A stretch of DNA of 64,000 bases from a virus, in IMG/VR virus record IMGVR_UViG_3300046777_002415, positions 1-64,000 of that record. The stretch is one strand, 5' to 3'. Positions 47,601 through 55,616 of this stretch are shown here, in pieces (position 1 is the first letter of the stretch; the number at the start of each line of letters is the position of its first letter). The position numbers were made by a program, and so were the translations under genes. The notes beneath the pieces are model-generated. The model was not told where the DNA came from. It ran no database searches and worked only from the letters and a program-made list of their open reading frames with translations.

Positions 47601-48477
47601 GTATCAGGCGATCTTGAGCGGAGCCCCGGGCGAGCCCGGAGAAGATGGCACGGACGGCAAGCGCGGGTCCAAGTTCTTTGTCTTCTACACCTACAACCCT
47701 GATGGGTATTCGGATGCGACATGGTCGGTAACTCAGCCGCCCGTGGACCCGAACAAGGTCTTACCGCCAAGTACGAACACAGCCGAGCTACTGGTCGACG
47801 CTATGGTGAGGACTGACCCTGGGTCAGAAGGTATCGTGGTCTACTGGGACGTGGTGACCTTGATCAACTACGCCACCGGCTGGAGCGAGACCCGGATGCG
47901 CAGGGATACGGGCTGGGAAGTGGTTGCCGCGTTCTTCAATGGCGACATCATCGTCAAGGGAACGATCTACGCTGACAAGATCGTCAGCAATAGCATCATT
48001 CGCTTGACCTCAACATCCCTCTACGCCTCCACCGTTTTCGCCGGGGGTAACCAATGGCAACCGCAAATAGGGTGGATATCCCCCAACCCGAAGTATGTCG
48101 TAGACGCTCACCCAGAAAAGACGGGGATAAAGCTGGTGGTCACTGTCACCATGGACTGCCCGACTGATTTGACAGGTGTCCGCATCGCTTACGAGCAATA
48201 TGTAAAGGACTACTGGAACCAAGATGATCCACCCGCCTGGAGAACTCAGTACCGGGAGATATTCAATAGAGGATCCGCGTACTACTCTGCCCGGGTGTTC
48301 ACAGCCAGTATCGTACTGGAACTGCAGGTACCTCCGGGTAAGGCCTTCAACCTCTACGTCGAGGCTAAGCAGTTGGGGGCAGAGTGGGTCAACGCGGATG
48401 CCAACCTGCCCTCGCTCTCGGTAATCGAAACATTCTCTTACTACTTCCCCGATGATGATTGGCGCTATGCCTTCTAA
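41653..48477 (+). CDS. Tail tip / host specificity protein (gpI-gpJ-like fusion, FN3 repeats)
   Basis: IPKLYGEFRITP; PNALRVRY; QRGDCVLLSHD; FN3-like PPTNL...LTWDNP. Confidence 0.88.
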   Translation: MIRIIARPNPFESEIVYCDIKPGLNLTEIVGRNNNKVHIQVEGVPVPNEAWDSTYPKSGEVVTITVVPGLFGLEGVIAGIVGAAVNAGATAGLTVAGAVGLTGTTATTVAATVGGVIGGAIGIGAMIAPMILPFLVKPQLPSISGSGYTGQTGSRFSVLNSNSNPNMQYGVIPKLYGEFRITPPVAGNAYTRLKKAVIVGQPGTYGYAGTEPTQTYHLLLCLGYGPLKIGGVCIGPQGLQVTDPSTGNVLTCQSKAGTKSPTQPIDCLDQDALAILVGDTPFRQIPGSLYTVGTAKEIVGLLNREGWASYPADIEEDSLSLTLPTPNTPPDVDSSWTSVDGVYQVWTAAPDALKVEVDIVFDALYASRMKDDPNNPGLEDMNVDVVFRVLFKKSSAAGTITREKIGVDQWGAEQWVVIAAGSWQQFTSFTATARSKGACAWTVKIDLPSDADPPATTYDILVIRQSTKYPRPNVSTSAANATWMALRSLKAGTVWDTSEDTGLDEAILMAVEFQASRGFNGGVDPISIRAKSIVRRPVADTLAAWGSNKNLKWVVSSSPAWAFADAFIGPQLQEPFKKDRIDWPALIEWANWCDGTTNTFIDPDTGEVTRKITDYNWYHVEEETILDRIRTITSCGRAAWNITGGLFSVTQDANFYPVQLLSPRNSRNLEITKSYPKIPNALRVRYVHPKTWQQDEVIVLDDYYLRRVNNQWVDNWGDPHTPGQDGYKKAKTYEVLETQGVTSKAQAKREGRYHLANLRMRPEFFTCEVDFEHLVAQRGDCVLLSHDVLLRGWAFGRVLKITAPTQQSAEYRIDVDTDIEISDDANFAVQVRSMNTDPTSAVPLAFIELPLSNPPGTYQQLWVSSSHAAEIAKIAEGDLFVFGPLDEDGDPTGSLLAKITQIDYQADMSAKITMTYAAPGIPAADDGIMDDDGDGPAPKEIPPPPPSSFRLLISQSIPDMTVDGARYTVDATWELPTTGVRDKIEIVEVTYRVGEEAWQVVQVNPTAGNTYPIKGVPPETQVTGKARCLNSMGASDYTAESTLITPSLNDLLPQMPTNLDLVQDDYREANGRIRYFIKVNWVVNGLTAGTEIQWIRFGDIEDPANWPDDNRLGKTFIDGSGQFFQIENVDVTMYKVRLRSKSIIPINGAYQYSAWAEGSIDILVYDYPPGPPTNLQAKSTPSGIMLTWDNPLDSDFAGIQIFHSTTNNREGDLTNIPVIPEAKPLASVGNPVNSYFHVPDDRLWHYYWIYAYDSEDGIHQTNKSSWERPGNNDGVRGRQGIFGDGLPPPPPINLVLYPDTWQVSLQWEQSQEIPDLYGTQIYWSKTNDRGPDDALLATYLFVTDENFATHLGLETGETYYYWIRNMDVEDPPQFSTWLPEDRYGGAAATVPPDPRKYLELLNGAITETQLAQSLLGLINSDGLTENATFLQLQKLVSDIEARVVLKLQQNYEGLSEVAAIGFGTEVQNGQIVSQFLVQADRLAMGAPQVFNSDGIELVPIQYGWDDGNLPVVYDIAGNVITPCDRYGQPLPAHDETAKGAIRLVYDENGERMPIYGADHELFPTPRWDGFVITTEEYWDENGVLIPPGVYIRNANIAEASIDGAKIQAHTIKADRIDANGLVLFDSEGKPIFAGGGVGVDLEAMFGLELGQALRDLKAKDIHLWMKNAVIGDLYIADTLSSVDYSPSYINEQGEYVPGTGWRIHRGSNLGDPSTIETDNLVARGTLSSDIYVAGAQGWKLFKDGSVEVNNGVFRGTLGAETLLVGTDFTLKQLSEQVLLASLNISASDQYFSFNSSGVCTSDLNLTMFINNIDNILWSATGYPGGVQLQLTEDEARPRYRFLNNEQIKKAGGGYYDYIEVKAQFQDRYDIVRIYPLIFESGIVTAELSNARINLAADSSGYVGNYSLGTGRFRVHHGTTEVAKASLAFSVVGSTGCAVSIVSDPTKPNHGVYKVTDLTSAAATATLRATYNGVNYDRTLDVLKYQAILSGAPGEPGEDGTDGKRGSKFFVFYTYNPDGYSDATWSVTQPPVDPNKVLPPSTNTAELLVDAMVRTDPGSEGIVVYWDVVTLINYATGWSETRMRRDTGWEVVAAFFNGDIIVKGTIYADKIVSNSIIRLTSTSLYASTVFAGGNQWQPQIGWISPNPKYVVDAHPEKTGIKLVVTVTMDCPTDLTGVRIAYEQYVKDYWNQDDPPAWRTQYREIFNRGSAYYSARVFTASIVLELQVPPGKAFNLYVEAKQLGAEWVNADANLPSLSVIETFSYYFPDDDWRYAF

Positions 48478-48886
48478 CTTCATAACCTACGAAGCGGCCA
48501 CCGGCCGCATTCTGTCCCTGGTTAAGAACCAGGATTTCGCCATCAGCGTGTCGACGATGCCCCCTGGGTATTTGGCTTTGCCTGTCGAGGATTCGATACC
48601 TGATTCGGTAGGCTGGAACTACTGGGTCGATGCCGGCAAAATAGTACCCAGAGAGGAACTACCTTTGACCGTCTCCGGCACTGAGATCGCCGCCGATGGT
48701 CAGACAGTCCTGTCAGTGGCCGGCATTCCTGCGGGCGCATCGCTGCGTCTGGTCGGGCCGGTTGCCGACGAATGGGTGGAGCAGGACGGGGAGACCGAGA
48801 TCACCACGACCGAGCCCGGGGAGTACCAACTGGTGATCGACCTCTGGCCTTACAAGACAGCGAGGGTGGACTTCAATGCGACGTAA
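48467..48886 (+). CDS. Tail tip accessory protein
   Basis: ORF overlapping J stop. Confidence 0.7.
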   Translation: MPSNFITYEAATGRILSLVKNQDFAISVSTMPPGYLALPVEDSIPDSVGWNYWVDAGKIVPREELPLTVSGTEIAADGQTVLSVAGIPAGASLRLVGPVADEWVEQDGETEITTTEPGEYQLVIDLWPYKTARVDFNAT

Positions 48887-49097
48887 CCTGACCGGCAGCT
48901 CAGAACAGCAGAAGGCCAAGCGCAACAAGCTGCTGGCCGACACCGACTGGATCGTCACCCGGCACCGAGACGAGAAGGACGAGGGCACCGGGACGACCCT
49001 GACCGCGAAGCAGTTCAAGGCTGTGCTGGCCTACCGGAAGGCGCTCCGGGACTGGGACAAGGTGTCGCCGCTGCCGGCGGCACCTGAACTCCCGTGA
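48876..49097 (+). CDS. Tail fibre assembly chaperone-like protein
   Basis: KRNKLLADTDW...YRKALRD...P..P. Confidence 0.8.
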   Translation: MRRNLTGSSEQQKAKRNKLLADTDWIVTRHRDEKDEGTGTTLTAKQFKAVLAYRKALRDWDKVSPLPAAPELP

Positions 49098-49125
49098 TCA
49101 CAATTTTGATCACAGGCCCTTTGAA

Positions 49126-49170
49126 TGGCGCCCCGAACACGATTCGAACGTGTGGCCTTTCCCTTAGGAG
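49126..49170 (-). other. attP core = 3' half of tRNA-Arg(CCU)
   Basis: Minus strand CTCCTAA-GGGAA-AGGCC-ACACG-TTCGAAT-CGTGT-TCGGGGCG-CCA: anticodon loop through CCA, no 5' half; adjacent to int. Confidence 0.9.
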
Positions 49171-49212
49171 AACTATGTATTCCTCTGTAGGCCGCGCCGT
49201 TACTGGGTTCCC

Positions 49213-50223
49213 TTAAAAATGTGATTGCCGTTTGGCACGGCTGGAGCGCGTAGTTCCGCTGTGATCGTGTGCGGCAATCACAGAATCAAGCACACCCACT
49301 GCACCCCGCAAATTGCCCGGGGCCAGATGGGCGTAGCGCTCCGTTACCTTGATGGTCGAGTGCCCCAGTATCTCCTTGACCTCGTACAGGGGCACCCCTG
49401 CGCTGACCATCCACGACGCAGTGGTATGGCGGAGCGTGTGCGGGGTAACGTCCGTGAAGCCCGCATTTCTGCAGGCAGTCTCGAATGACCGGCGGAAGTT
49501 CTGGATGCCGTGGAACACCAGCGGGTGGCCTCGCTGTGATTCCAGCGTCTCCACCGCGACATCGGTCAGAGGGATCGTGCGGGATTTCTTGGCCTTGGTC
49601 GTCTCGGCCCGGAGTGTGATCAATCTGCGGGGCATGTCCACATCAGACCATCGAAGTGCCATCAGCTCCCCACGCCGCATGCCAGTGCTGACTGCCAGAA
49701 TCACGAAGGCCCTCAGATGCCCGTCACAGAGCGATATGAGCCGGGCGTACTCGTCACCCGTCAGCCACCGCAGTTTCCCTTCTGGCTCACGCAGCTTCAG
49801 CCCTGACACAGGGTTCGGGATGTGGGTGCCGTGATCAATGTTGTAGCAGTTGATGGCTGCCGAGATCATGACCAACTCTTTGTTAATCGTGCCTGGCGCG
49901 GCCCCCTCGGCCTGCCGGCGCTTGACGTGTGAGCGGAGTAGAGAGGGTGACAGGTCCCGGCCCCAGGTAGGGGCGAGACCTGTCAGATGGCGGGCAGTGG
50001 ATTTGTTCTGTGGGGTCAGCCGGGTAGACAAGTACTCGGTCAGGACCGTATCAAGCGTAACGTCGCCCCGGTGCTGGGTTTTGTTGCGGTGGGATTCGCT
50101 GCGGAGCTTCTGCTCGAGCGCCTTGGCTTCTTTGAAGTCGGTCCCAGCAGATCGCCTAACTTGCTTGCCGGTGCGGGGATCGTAATAGCTGATCCACCAG
50201 ATGTTGTTTCGTTGGTAGGGCAT
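49213..50223 (-). CDS. int: Tyrosine integrase
   Basis: TGMRRGEL, HTLRHT, LGHS...TERYAH catalytic motifs. Confidence 0.95.
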   Translation of the reverse strand: MPYQRNNIWWISYYDPRTGKQVRRSAGTDFKEAKALEQKLRSESHRNKTQHRGDVTLDTVLTEYLSTRLTPQNKSTARHLTGLAPTWGRDLSPSLLRSHVKRRQAEGAAPGTINKELVMISAAINCYNIDHGTHIPNPVSGLKLREPEGKLRWLTGDEYARLISLCDGHLRAFVILAVSTGMRRGELMALRWSDVDMPRRLITLRAETTKAKKSRTIPLTDVAVETLESQRGHPLVFHGIQNFRRSFETACRNAGFTDVTPHTLRHTTASWMVSAGVPLYEVKEILGHSTIKVTERYAHLAPGNLRGAVGVLDSVIAAHDHSGTTRSSRAKRQSHF

Positions 50224-50372
50224 CCATTGATGATAAAGGCCTCAAGGTCGGATTCGCAAACCCGGATCACCTTGCCCTCCACAAAGGCTCTGAGCCGGCC
50301 CTGTCGGACCCACAGCCTGACCGTGGTCCTGCCGACGTTGAGGCGCTCGGCGACCTGTTTGACGGTCATCAT
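50040..50372 (-). CDS. xis: Excisionase-type HTH (HTH_17/MerR-like)
   Basis: MMTVKQVAERLNVGRTTVRLWVRQGRL...RVCESDLEAFI directly upstream of int. Confidence 0.8.
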   Translation of the reverse strand: MMTVKQVAERLNVGRTTVRLWVRQGRLRAFVEGKVIRVCESDLEAFIINGCPTNETTSGGSAITIPAPASKLGDLLGPTSKKPRRSSRSSAANPTATKPSTGATLRLIRS

Positions 50373-50581
50373 ACCCCAGCCCTCGCTGCCTGCAGCGCCA
50401 CCAGCAGCACATCAATCTGCTCGTGTCGCAGGGCGAAGGCGCTCATGAGGGCGTGGGTCTCCTTGTCGTGGACCATGACACTGACGCCCTCGTGGTTGCC
50501 CCAAGTGGTGGCAATGACCACGACCCCGTGGCCCTCGATCTCAGCCTCGGTGACCGGGGTCTGCAGCACTTCGAGCTTCAT
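50369..50581 (-). CDS. Hypothetical protein
   Basis: ATGA-coupled chain. Confidence 0.7.
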   Translation of the reverse strand: MKLEVLQTPVTEAEIEGHGVVVIATTWGNHEGVSVMVHDKETHALMSAFALRHEQIDVLLVALQAARAGV

Positions 50582-50736
50582 TTCAGCACCTTCTCATACT
50601 TGACACACTCCGCATGCCCTTGTATCACCGCCGCCTCAATACAGGTGATCGCATGGGAATCGAAGAAGTCGGTAATCATGCGTTTAGTCGTTACTGCTGA
50701 GATCACGAAGATCAGTAACCAGGGTAGATACTTCAT
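50578..50736 (-). CDS. Small membrane protein (52 aa)
   Basis: MKYLPWLLIFVISAV...; GGAGG RBS and ATGA overlaps at both ends. Confidence 0.65.
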   Translation of the reverse strand: MKYLPWLLIFVISAVTTKRMITDFFDSHAITCIEAAVIQGHAECVKYEKVLK

Positions 50737-51074
50737 TTCGCCTCCCACCGTTCCGCCTGTCTATCCTTCGAATTCCACAGGACCTGAGTGACGACCGCGG
50801 AAGCGCAGATGCCTTCCTCGATCTCCCGCTTGGCTTGATTTTGGGACCGGATCAGTCCGCTCTCATCAGCCAGCACGGTAGCAACCTTGGCGCCGAACTC
50901 GTCGAACCGGAGGATCAGGTAATTCCCGGTCTTGTATTTCCGGCCAATGTCCAGCTCGCGCTGCAGATCAGCCAGCAGGGTCTCGATCGGCCCGCCTTCC
51001 TGGGTGACGATGTGGCATTCCCTGACCAGCTCCTCTATGCAGTCCTTGGCTTGCTCAATCAGATGCCTGCTCAT
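50733..51074 (-). CDS. Hypothetical protein
   Basis: ATGA-coupled chain. Confidence 0.7.
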   Translation of the reverse strand: MSRHLIEQAKDCIEELVRECHIVTQEGGPIETLLADLQRELDIGRKYKTGNYLILRFDEFGAKVATVLADESGLIRSQNQAKREIEEGICASAVVTQVLWNSKDRQAERWEAK

Positions 51075-51448
51075 AGCTCAATCTCCGGGGTGAATTTCTC
51101 ATTGAACTCTGGCAGTGGTCTGATCCAGATGCGCTGGTCCTCCGTGCTTTGGTAGACGACCATCTCATGCTGGGTCGACTCCATCTGGCCCACATGAAGC
51201 ACCCGGTAAATGTTTCCAGTCTTCTTGTGGACATGGAGGTCGCCCCGGGGCTCAGGGCTTTCAGGCTTGGCCTTCTCAGACTTTTCGACGAAGTCGGCCA
51301 TCATCAGAATCTGCGTGGCAACATACTTGGCCATGGCCGGCCGGAGGCCGGCGTAGGCCGAGGGGCCTACGTGGAGCGTGACGTAGCTCGACTTATTCCC
51401 CTCATTGAAGTCGTGACCGACTGCGACGGGATAGGTGGTTTTGATCAT
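51071..51448 (-). CDS. DUF1653-domain protein
   Basis: HKKTGNIYRVL...E.MVVYQS...IWIRPLPEFNEKF. Confidence 0.8.
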   Translation of the reverse strand: MIKTTYPVAVGHDFNEGNKSSYVTLHVGPSAYAGLRPAMAKYVATQILMMADFVEKSEKAKPESPEPRGDLHVHKKTGNIYRVLHVGQMESTQHEMVVYQSTEDQRIWIRPLPEFNEKFTPEIEL

Positions 51449-51981
51449 ACCCTTCCCTCCCCTCTCAGCACTCTCTGCACTCGCTCGACCTGCTCCTTGT
51501 CCTCCCTCTGCCCTTCTTCCCGTCTTGCCTTCAGCTCCAGCACGGCCAAGCAGTTCCAGGCGATGTGGGCTAAATGATCGAGGTTAGAGTCAGGATCAAT
51601 AGGCTGCCTCTGCATCTTCAGCAGATGCCGCATGAAGGCATCCAGGTATCTCTCTTCAGCGTTGGGCACAGACTGCCACCCGCCGCGGCAATACTTGTTG
51701 GCGCCAAACGTACCGACGTCGGCCACAGCTCCCAGAGCCCGGCTGAAGTCGAGCAGGACGCCGGCAAGCTGCTTTCCGGCATCCATCTTGGCGCCAGAGG
51801 CGTGGGGATCGGTGCCGTGGGGGTCGGACTCTGCCGGGGGTTTGCGGTAGGGCAGAGCTACGGCCTCATAACTCGGCCGTGCTATGGCTACCATATCCCC
51901 GTCGGCATCTCGAATAGTGCGCGGCTTCGGGGGGGCCGGGGGTATTTGTGTGCCAGGTACAGGTTGAACCATTACCGCCAC
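51445..51981 (-). CDS. DUF5664 dATP/dGTP diphosphohydrolase-domain protein
   Basis: GAKMDAGK...VGTFGANKY...W...RYLDAFMRH...DPDSNLDHLAHIAWNCL. Confidence 0.85.
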   Translation of the reverse strand: MAVMVQPVPGTQIPPAPPKPRTIRDADGDMVAIARPSYEAVALPYRKPPAESDPHGTDPHASGAKMDAGKQLAGVLLDFSRALGAVADVGTFGANKYCRGGWQSVPNAEERYLDAFMRHLLKMQRQPIDPDSNLDHLAHIAWNCLAVLELKARREEGQREDKEQVERVQRVLRGEGRV

Positions 51982-52172
51982 CCTCCCACATCCTTCAGGT
52001 GTCGAACCTGATTCTCAGTGATCTCGGCCTCCATGCCATAGGCGACATAGAGCGCGGCAATATCGTCGACCAGTCGAAGGTCCTGGATGCGCTGCGCGAA
52101 GAAGCGGGCGTCGACCAGGAGCTCTTCGATGGTGTCCGGGTCCTGGAAAAAGTCAGAAAGTTTCATCACCAC
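51972..52172 (-). CDS. Hypothetical protein (paralog of next)
   Basis: Aligns by eye with 52166..52354. Confidence 0.7.
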   Translation of the reverse strand: MVMKLSDFFQDPDTIEELLVDARFFAQRIQDLRLVDDIAALYVAYGMEAEITENQVRHLKDVGGWR

Positions 52173-52354
52173 CCCGCAATCCTTTCAAGGATCTCGAGCT
52201 GCTTCTCCGAGATAAACATCTCGCTGCCGTATTCTGCGAACTTGACCTCCATGTCGGATACAAAGCCCATTTCCCAGTCAGTCTCCGCGTTGAAGCTGGC
52301 GTCTGCCAAAATGTCGGCGAAGTCAAAATTAAGATCAGCAACCGTGTTGCTCAT
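52166..52354 (-). CDS. Hypothetical protein
   Basis: GGAG RBS; TDWEMGFVSDM...ISEKQLEILERI. Confidence 0.7.
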   Translation of the reverse strand: MSNTVADLNFDFADILADASFNAETDWEMGFVSDMEVKFAEYGSEMFISEKQLEILERIAGW

Positions 52355-52404
52355 TGGTATCTCCATAGTCAAAGGGCCGGTGTGCTGCCGGCCCAGGTAG
52401 GTTA

Positions 52405-54576
52405 TCAGAGGGCGATTACGACATCAGCGTTGACGGCATCACCTTCACGATGGGTGACGTAGATCACTTGGCTGCCCAGGCTCTGCAGCATCCCAGCGAT
52501 CCGGGCCGCATTCTCGGAGCTGGCATCGGCGGTCGGTTCGTCCAACAGCAACATGTGTTCGTCACCGTAGAACACCCTGCTCATGGCGATCCGGAGTGCC
52601 AGCCCGACCAGCGAACGCTGGTAGCCAGACAGCTCGGTGACTGCCACGCTGTCGCCTTGCTCGTCGACCATCAGCTCGCCGTCCTCGCGGTAGACCCGAG
52701 ACAGTTCTCCCGACGTCGTGGTCGAGATCAGGTGGGAGGCGTAGGCCAGCATGTTGTCCCAGAGCTCGATCATCAGGTCGGCCCGGGACTTCCGCAGCCA
52801 GACCTGCAGACGCTTGCGGAGATCGATCTCGGTGATGAGGCACTTCCGGGACTCCTGCGCCTTCTCTGCTCTTTCCAAGGCATCCTCCGATGCTAACAGC
52901 CGGATTTGGTTGCCGGCGACTTGCGTCTGCAGTAGAGATTGCCGGTCCTGTATGGCCCGGACTTGCTGCACCGACTGGTCCAGCAGCAGCCTGAGCTTGA
53001 CGATGTCCTCCACCGGCGGCAAAGCCAGTAGATCAGCTTCATGCTGCTGCAGGGCCATTAACTCTTCAGTTACTCTTTGCTGAAGGTCAGCCAACTTGGC
53101 TTGCAGAGAAGTCTGAGTGTTGACCCGGCTGGTCATGTCAGCCCAAGTGGCGCGGGCCCGGTCCATTGCGACCTTGGACTCCATCGTCGCCGAAGCCAGG
53201 TCCTCGATCGAATGGAAGCCCTGCAGGGCTGCGACGAAGTCGGCCTGAGCGTCTTCGAGCTGCTGGGTGATCTCCGCAAGTAGGTCGGCGGCGCCAGGGT
53301 TGTAAGCCTTCCGTAATTCCGCGACCTCTGACAGCTTGGTGCGGAGCGGGGTCTGGGCATCGGACCATTGCTGGTAGAGGGCCTCATAGGCGTCAACGGC
53401 CTCCTCTTGGCGCTTGATGGCAGCCAGGCGCTCTTCCTCATTGAAGGGGCGTTGGCACTCGTGGCAGACGCTCTTGTCTACCGCATCACGGGCAGATGCC
53501 AGCATGGCTTTCGCGGCGTCACAGGCGAGGTCCAGCCGGGTGCTCACCTCGCTCAGTTGCGCCAACTCTTCCTGCGCCTGCTGCAACTTGCCAGCCACGA
53601 TACTCGAAGCCCCTACCACTTGGTTTAGGTGCTCCTGCTTCTGAGCTAGTGTGTTGATGCGGGCGGACAAGGTCTGGGCCTGATCCAGCCGCTGTTTCCG
53701 GTGAGACCATGTCTGTTGCATGGCCTCGATATTGGCGGCTCCGATGTTGGCCCGCTCGGCCAGATCCGGTTCGAAGCCTTCCAAGGTGATGGAGGTTTCC
53801 TGAATACTGGCGTTCAGCGCCTTGACCCGGTCCTTCCGGGAGGTGATGGCGAAGTTCATCTGCTCCAGCTTGTTCGAGAGCGACTGGGCCTGCTCGTACC
53901 GCTGGCGCAGGTTGGTCTCTGCATCCTGCATGTTCCGCAGCTCGTTGGTGGTTTCCTTGAGAGACAGGTTGTCATCCTTGATCAAGGTCTGGTACATGTC
54001 GACCTCCTCACGCAGCTTGCCAAGGTCCGCGACCTCACCAAGGCCAGTCAACTGCCCTTCCATGCTGGTGACGTCCTTCCCGACCATGTCGAGGATCTTG
54101 TCGACCAGATCGCTCTTGGCCAGCCGCTCGATGGTCTTCTGCAGCGCCGTGGCGCCGAACTCCAGCAAGGCCTGGGACTGCCCCTGCTTGCTATACATCA
54201 GCAGTTGTAAGTCTGCAGCCGACATGCCGTAGGCTTCCTCGATCAGCTTGATGACCGGGGTTGTGCCGTTGGCCAGCAGGGTGCCGTCCTTGGCCCAGAC
54301 CTTGGCGCCCTTCAAAGTGCGCTCGATCTTGACGTCCCCGTGGACCGGCAGGCTGATTTCGAGGGTTGCGGTGGTGCTGCCCTCTGCGCCTCGGGTCGGG
54401 ATGCGCTCTACCTTGTGGCCGGTAGCGGTCGGCCCCAGCAGAGCGAAAAGGATCCCCTTCAAGATGGTTGACTTGCCTTGGGCGTTCTCACCCGTGACGG
54501 CTGCCAGACCGTCGGAGAAATCCGCCCGAAAGTCGTGGTGCTTCTTGAAATTCTCGAGATGAATTGAGCGGATCAT
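52405..54576 (-). CDS. sbcC: SbcC/Rad50-like ATPase
   Basis: GENAQGKST, CHEC hook, LSGYQ signature, LLLDEPT. Confidence 0.93.
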   Translation of the reverse strand: MIRSIHLENFKKHHDFRADFSDGLAAVTGENAQGKSTILKGILFALLGPTATGHKVERIPTRGAEGSTTATLEISLPVHGDVKIERTLKGAKVWAKDGTLLANGTTPVIKLIEEAYGMSAADLQLLMYSKQGQSQALLEFGATALQKTIERLAKSDLVDKILDMVGKDVTSMEGQLTGLGEVADLGKLREEVDMYQTLIKDDNLSLKETTNELRNMQDAETNLRQRYEQAQSLSNKLEQMNFAITSRKDRVKALNASIQETSITLEGFEPDLAERANIGAANIEAMQQTWSHRKQRLDQAQTLSARINTLAQKQEHLNQVVGASSIVAGKLQQAQEELAQLSEVSTRLDLACDAAKAMLASARDAVDKSVCHECQRPFNEEERLAAIKRQEEAVDAYEALYQQWSDAQTPLRTKLSEVAELRKAYNPGAADLLAEITQQLEDAQADFVAALQGFHSIEDLASATMESKVAMDRARATWADMTSRVNTQTSLQAKLADLQQRVTEELMALQQHEADLLALPPVEDIVKLRLLLDQSVQQVRAIQDRQSLLQTQVAGNQIRLLASEDALERAEKAQESRKCLITEIDLRKRLQVWLRKSRADLMIELWDNMLAYASHLISTTTSGELSRVYREDGELMVDEQGDSVAVTELSGYQRSLVGLALRIAMSRVFYGDEHMLLLDEPTADASSENAARIAGMLQSLGSQVIYVTHREGDAVNADVVIAL

Positions 54577-55616
54577 TGTGCTGCCTCTCTGTAGTGCTGC
54601 CAGATTGAATGAAGGTCAGTGCTTTCCAGTGCGGCGGAAATGCGTGAAGGAAGATCGAGGGATCGGCACACGGCATGATCCACTTCAGGAACGATAGAAT
54701 CAGACTGGACATTGTTTCTCACCATCAACAAGTTCGGCCACTCCTTCCAGAGTTTGGTTATGGCCTGGGCGATGTTTGGAAGTTGTTCGCTCGGCACCGT
54801 GCCAGTCACTTCGATGAACTGGACCAGCTCATCCATGCGTACCGAATCTCCATATCGCAACTCCCGGTACCCATCAGCCTTGCTCCAGATCGGATGCTGG
54901 ATGAACTGCTTCCCGTCGAACTCCCACAAAAACTTGTCTCCCACATCGCTGAAACTGGTCGGGTGGGTGTTGCCGAGGATGATCAGCCGACCGTTGTGCA
55001 GCGTCCGCGGCATGTGCTCGTGGCCCAGCAGGACGTAATCGAAGGTCTCCAGCAGCTTCTCGGCCCTTTCTGCTGTGAGGTTGAGGCTGGCGTCGTTGTG
55101 GATCAGGCCGGAGTTGTAGTTGCAGTGGAGGCAAAGGATGCTCGTCTCATCTCGACCAACGAAATCAGTAACCTCATCGAGCGAAATATCAAACAACTCC
55201 TGTGTTGCCATGTGGGGTACAAGATATACGTAGGCGCCACAGTCCCCTACGAAATCGAACCCGGGCTGGCTAACGCTGCCCAGAACGATCGGGCTACGTT
55301 CATCACAGTCGCCTGGGAGCATATCGGCAAGTAGTTGCAACGATCCGAGCTTCCCCTCCCTATTTGGCAAGTCATGGTTACCTGCCATGACTCGACAGCA
55401 CTCCGCAGCAATCCTGTAACCCTGCAGGATGCCTGCTTCGTCATTGGATTCTGTATCGAATAGATCACCTAAGCAGTAAGGCGAGGTGCTGCAGAGGCTA
55501 AGGGCTTTGGTTGCTTGCCTGTATAGGGCCTCCCTCAACCTCAACCGCGAGGCCTGCGTCGTGTGTGATGTCCGCATCAATCCGAGATGCGGATCGCTGA
55601 AAAACCAGATGCTCAT
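54573..55616 (-). CDS. sbcD: SbcD/Mre11-like nuclease
   Basis: True start MSIWFFSDPHLG at 55616; GDLFD, GNHD, GHEH. Confidence 0.92.
   Translation of the reverse strand: MSIWFFSDPHLGLMRTSHTTQASRLRLREALYRQATKALSLCSTSPYCLGDLFDTESNDEAGILQGYRIAAECCRVMAGNHDLPNREGKLGSLQLLADMLPGDCDERSPIVLGSVSQPGFDFVGDCGAYVYLVPHMATQELFDISLDEVTDFVGRDETSILCLHCNYNSGLIHNDASLNLTAERAEKLLETFDYVLLGHEHMPRTLHNGRLIILGNTHPTSFSDVGDKFLWEFDGKQFIQHPIWSKADGYRELRYGDSVRMDELVQFIEVTGTVPSEQLPNIAQAITKLWKEWPNLLMVRNNVQSDSIVPEVDHAVCRSLDLPSRISAALESTDLHSIWQHYREAAQ

Noticed and set aside
41653-48477. Diversity-generating retroelement target
   Set aside because: No reverse transcriptase and no TR/VR pair differing at adenines was noticed.
49126-49170. 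tRNA gene
   Set aside because: Only the 3' half is present; no D-arm or 5' acceptor strand, so it is an att core.
52153-52341. csrA homolog (ORF begins MLIL)
   Set aside because: The rest does not resemble CsrA and it overlaps a better-supported gene; no csrA was found in this window.
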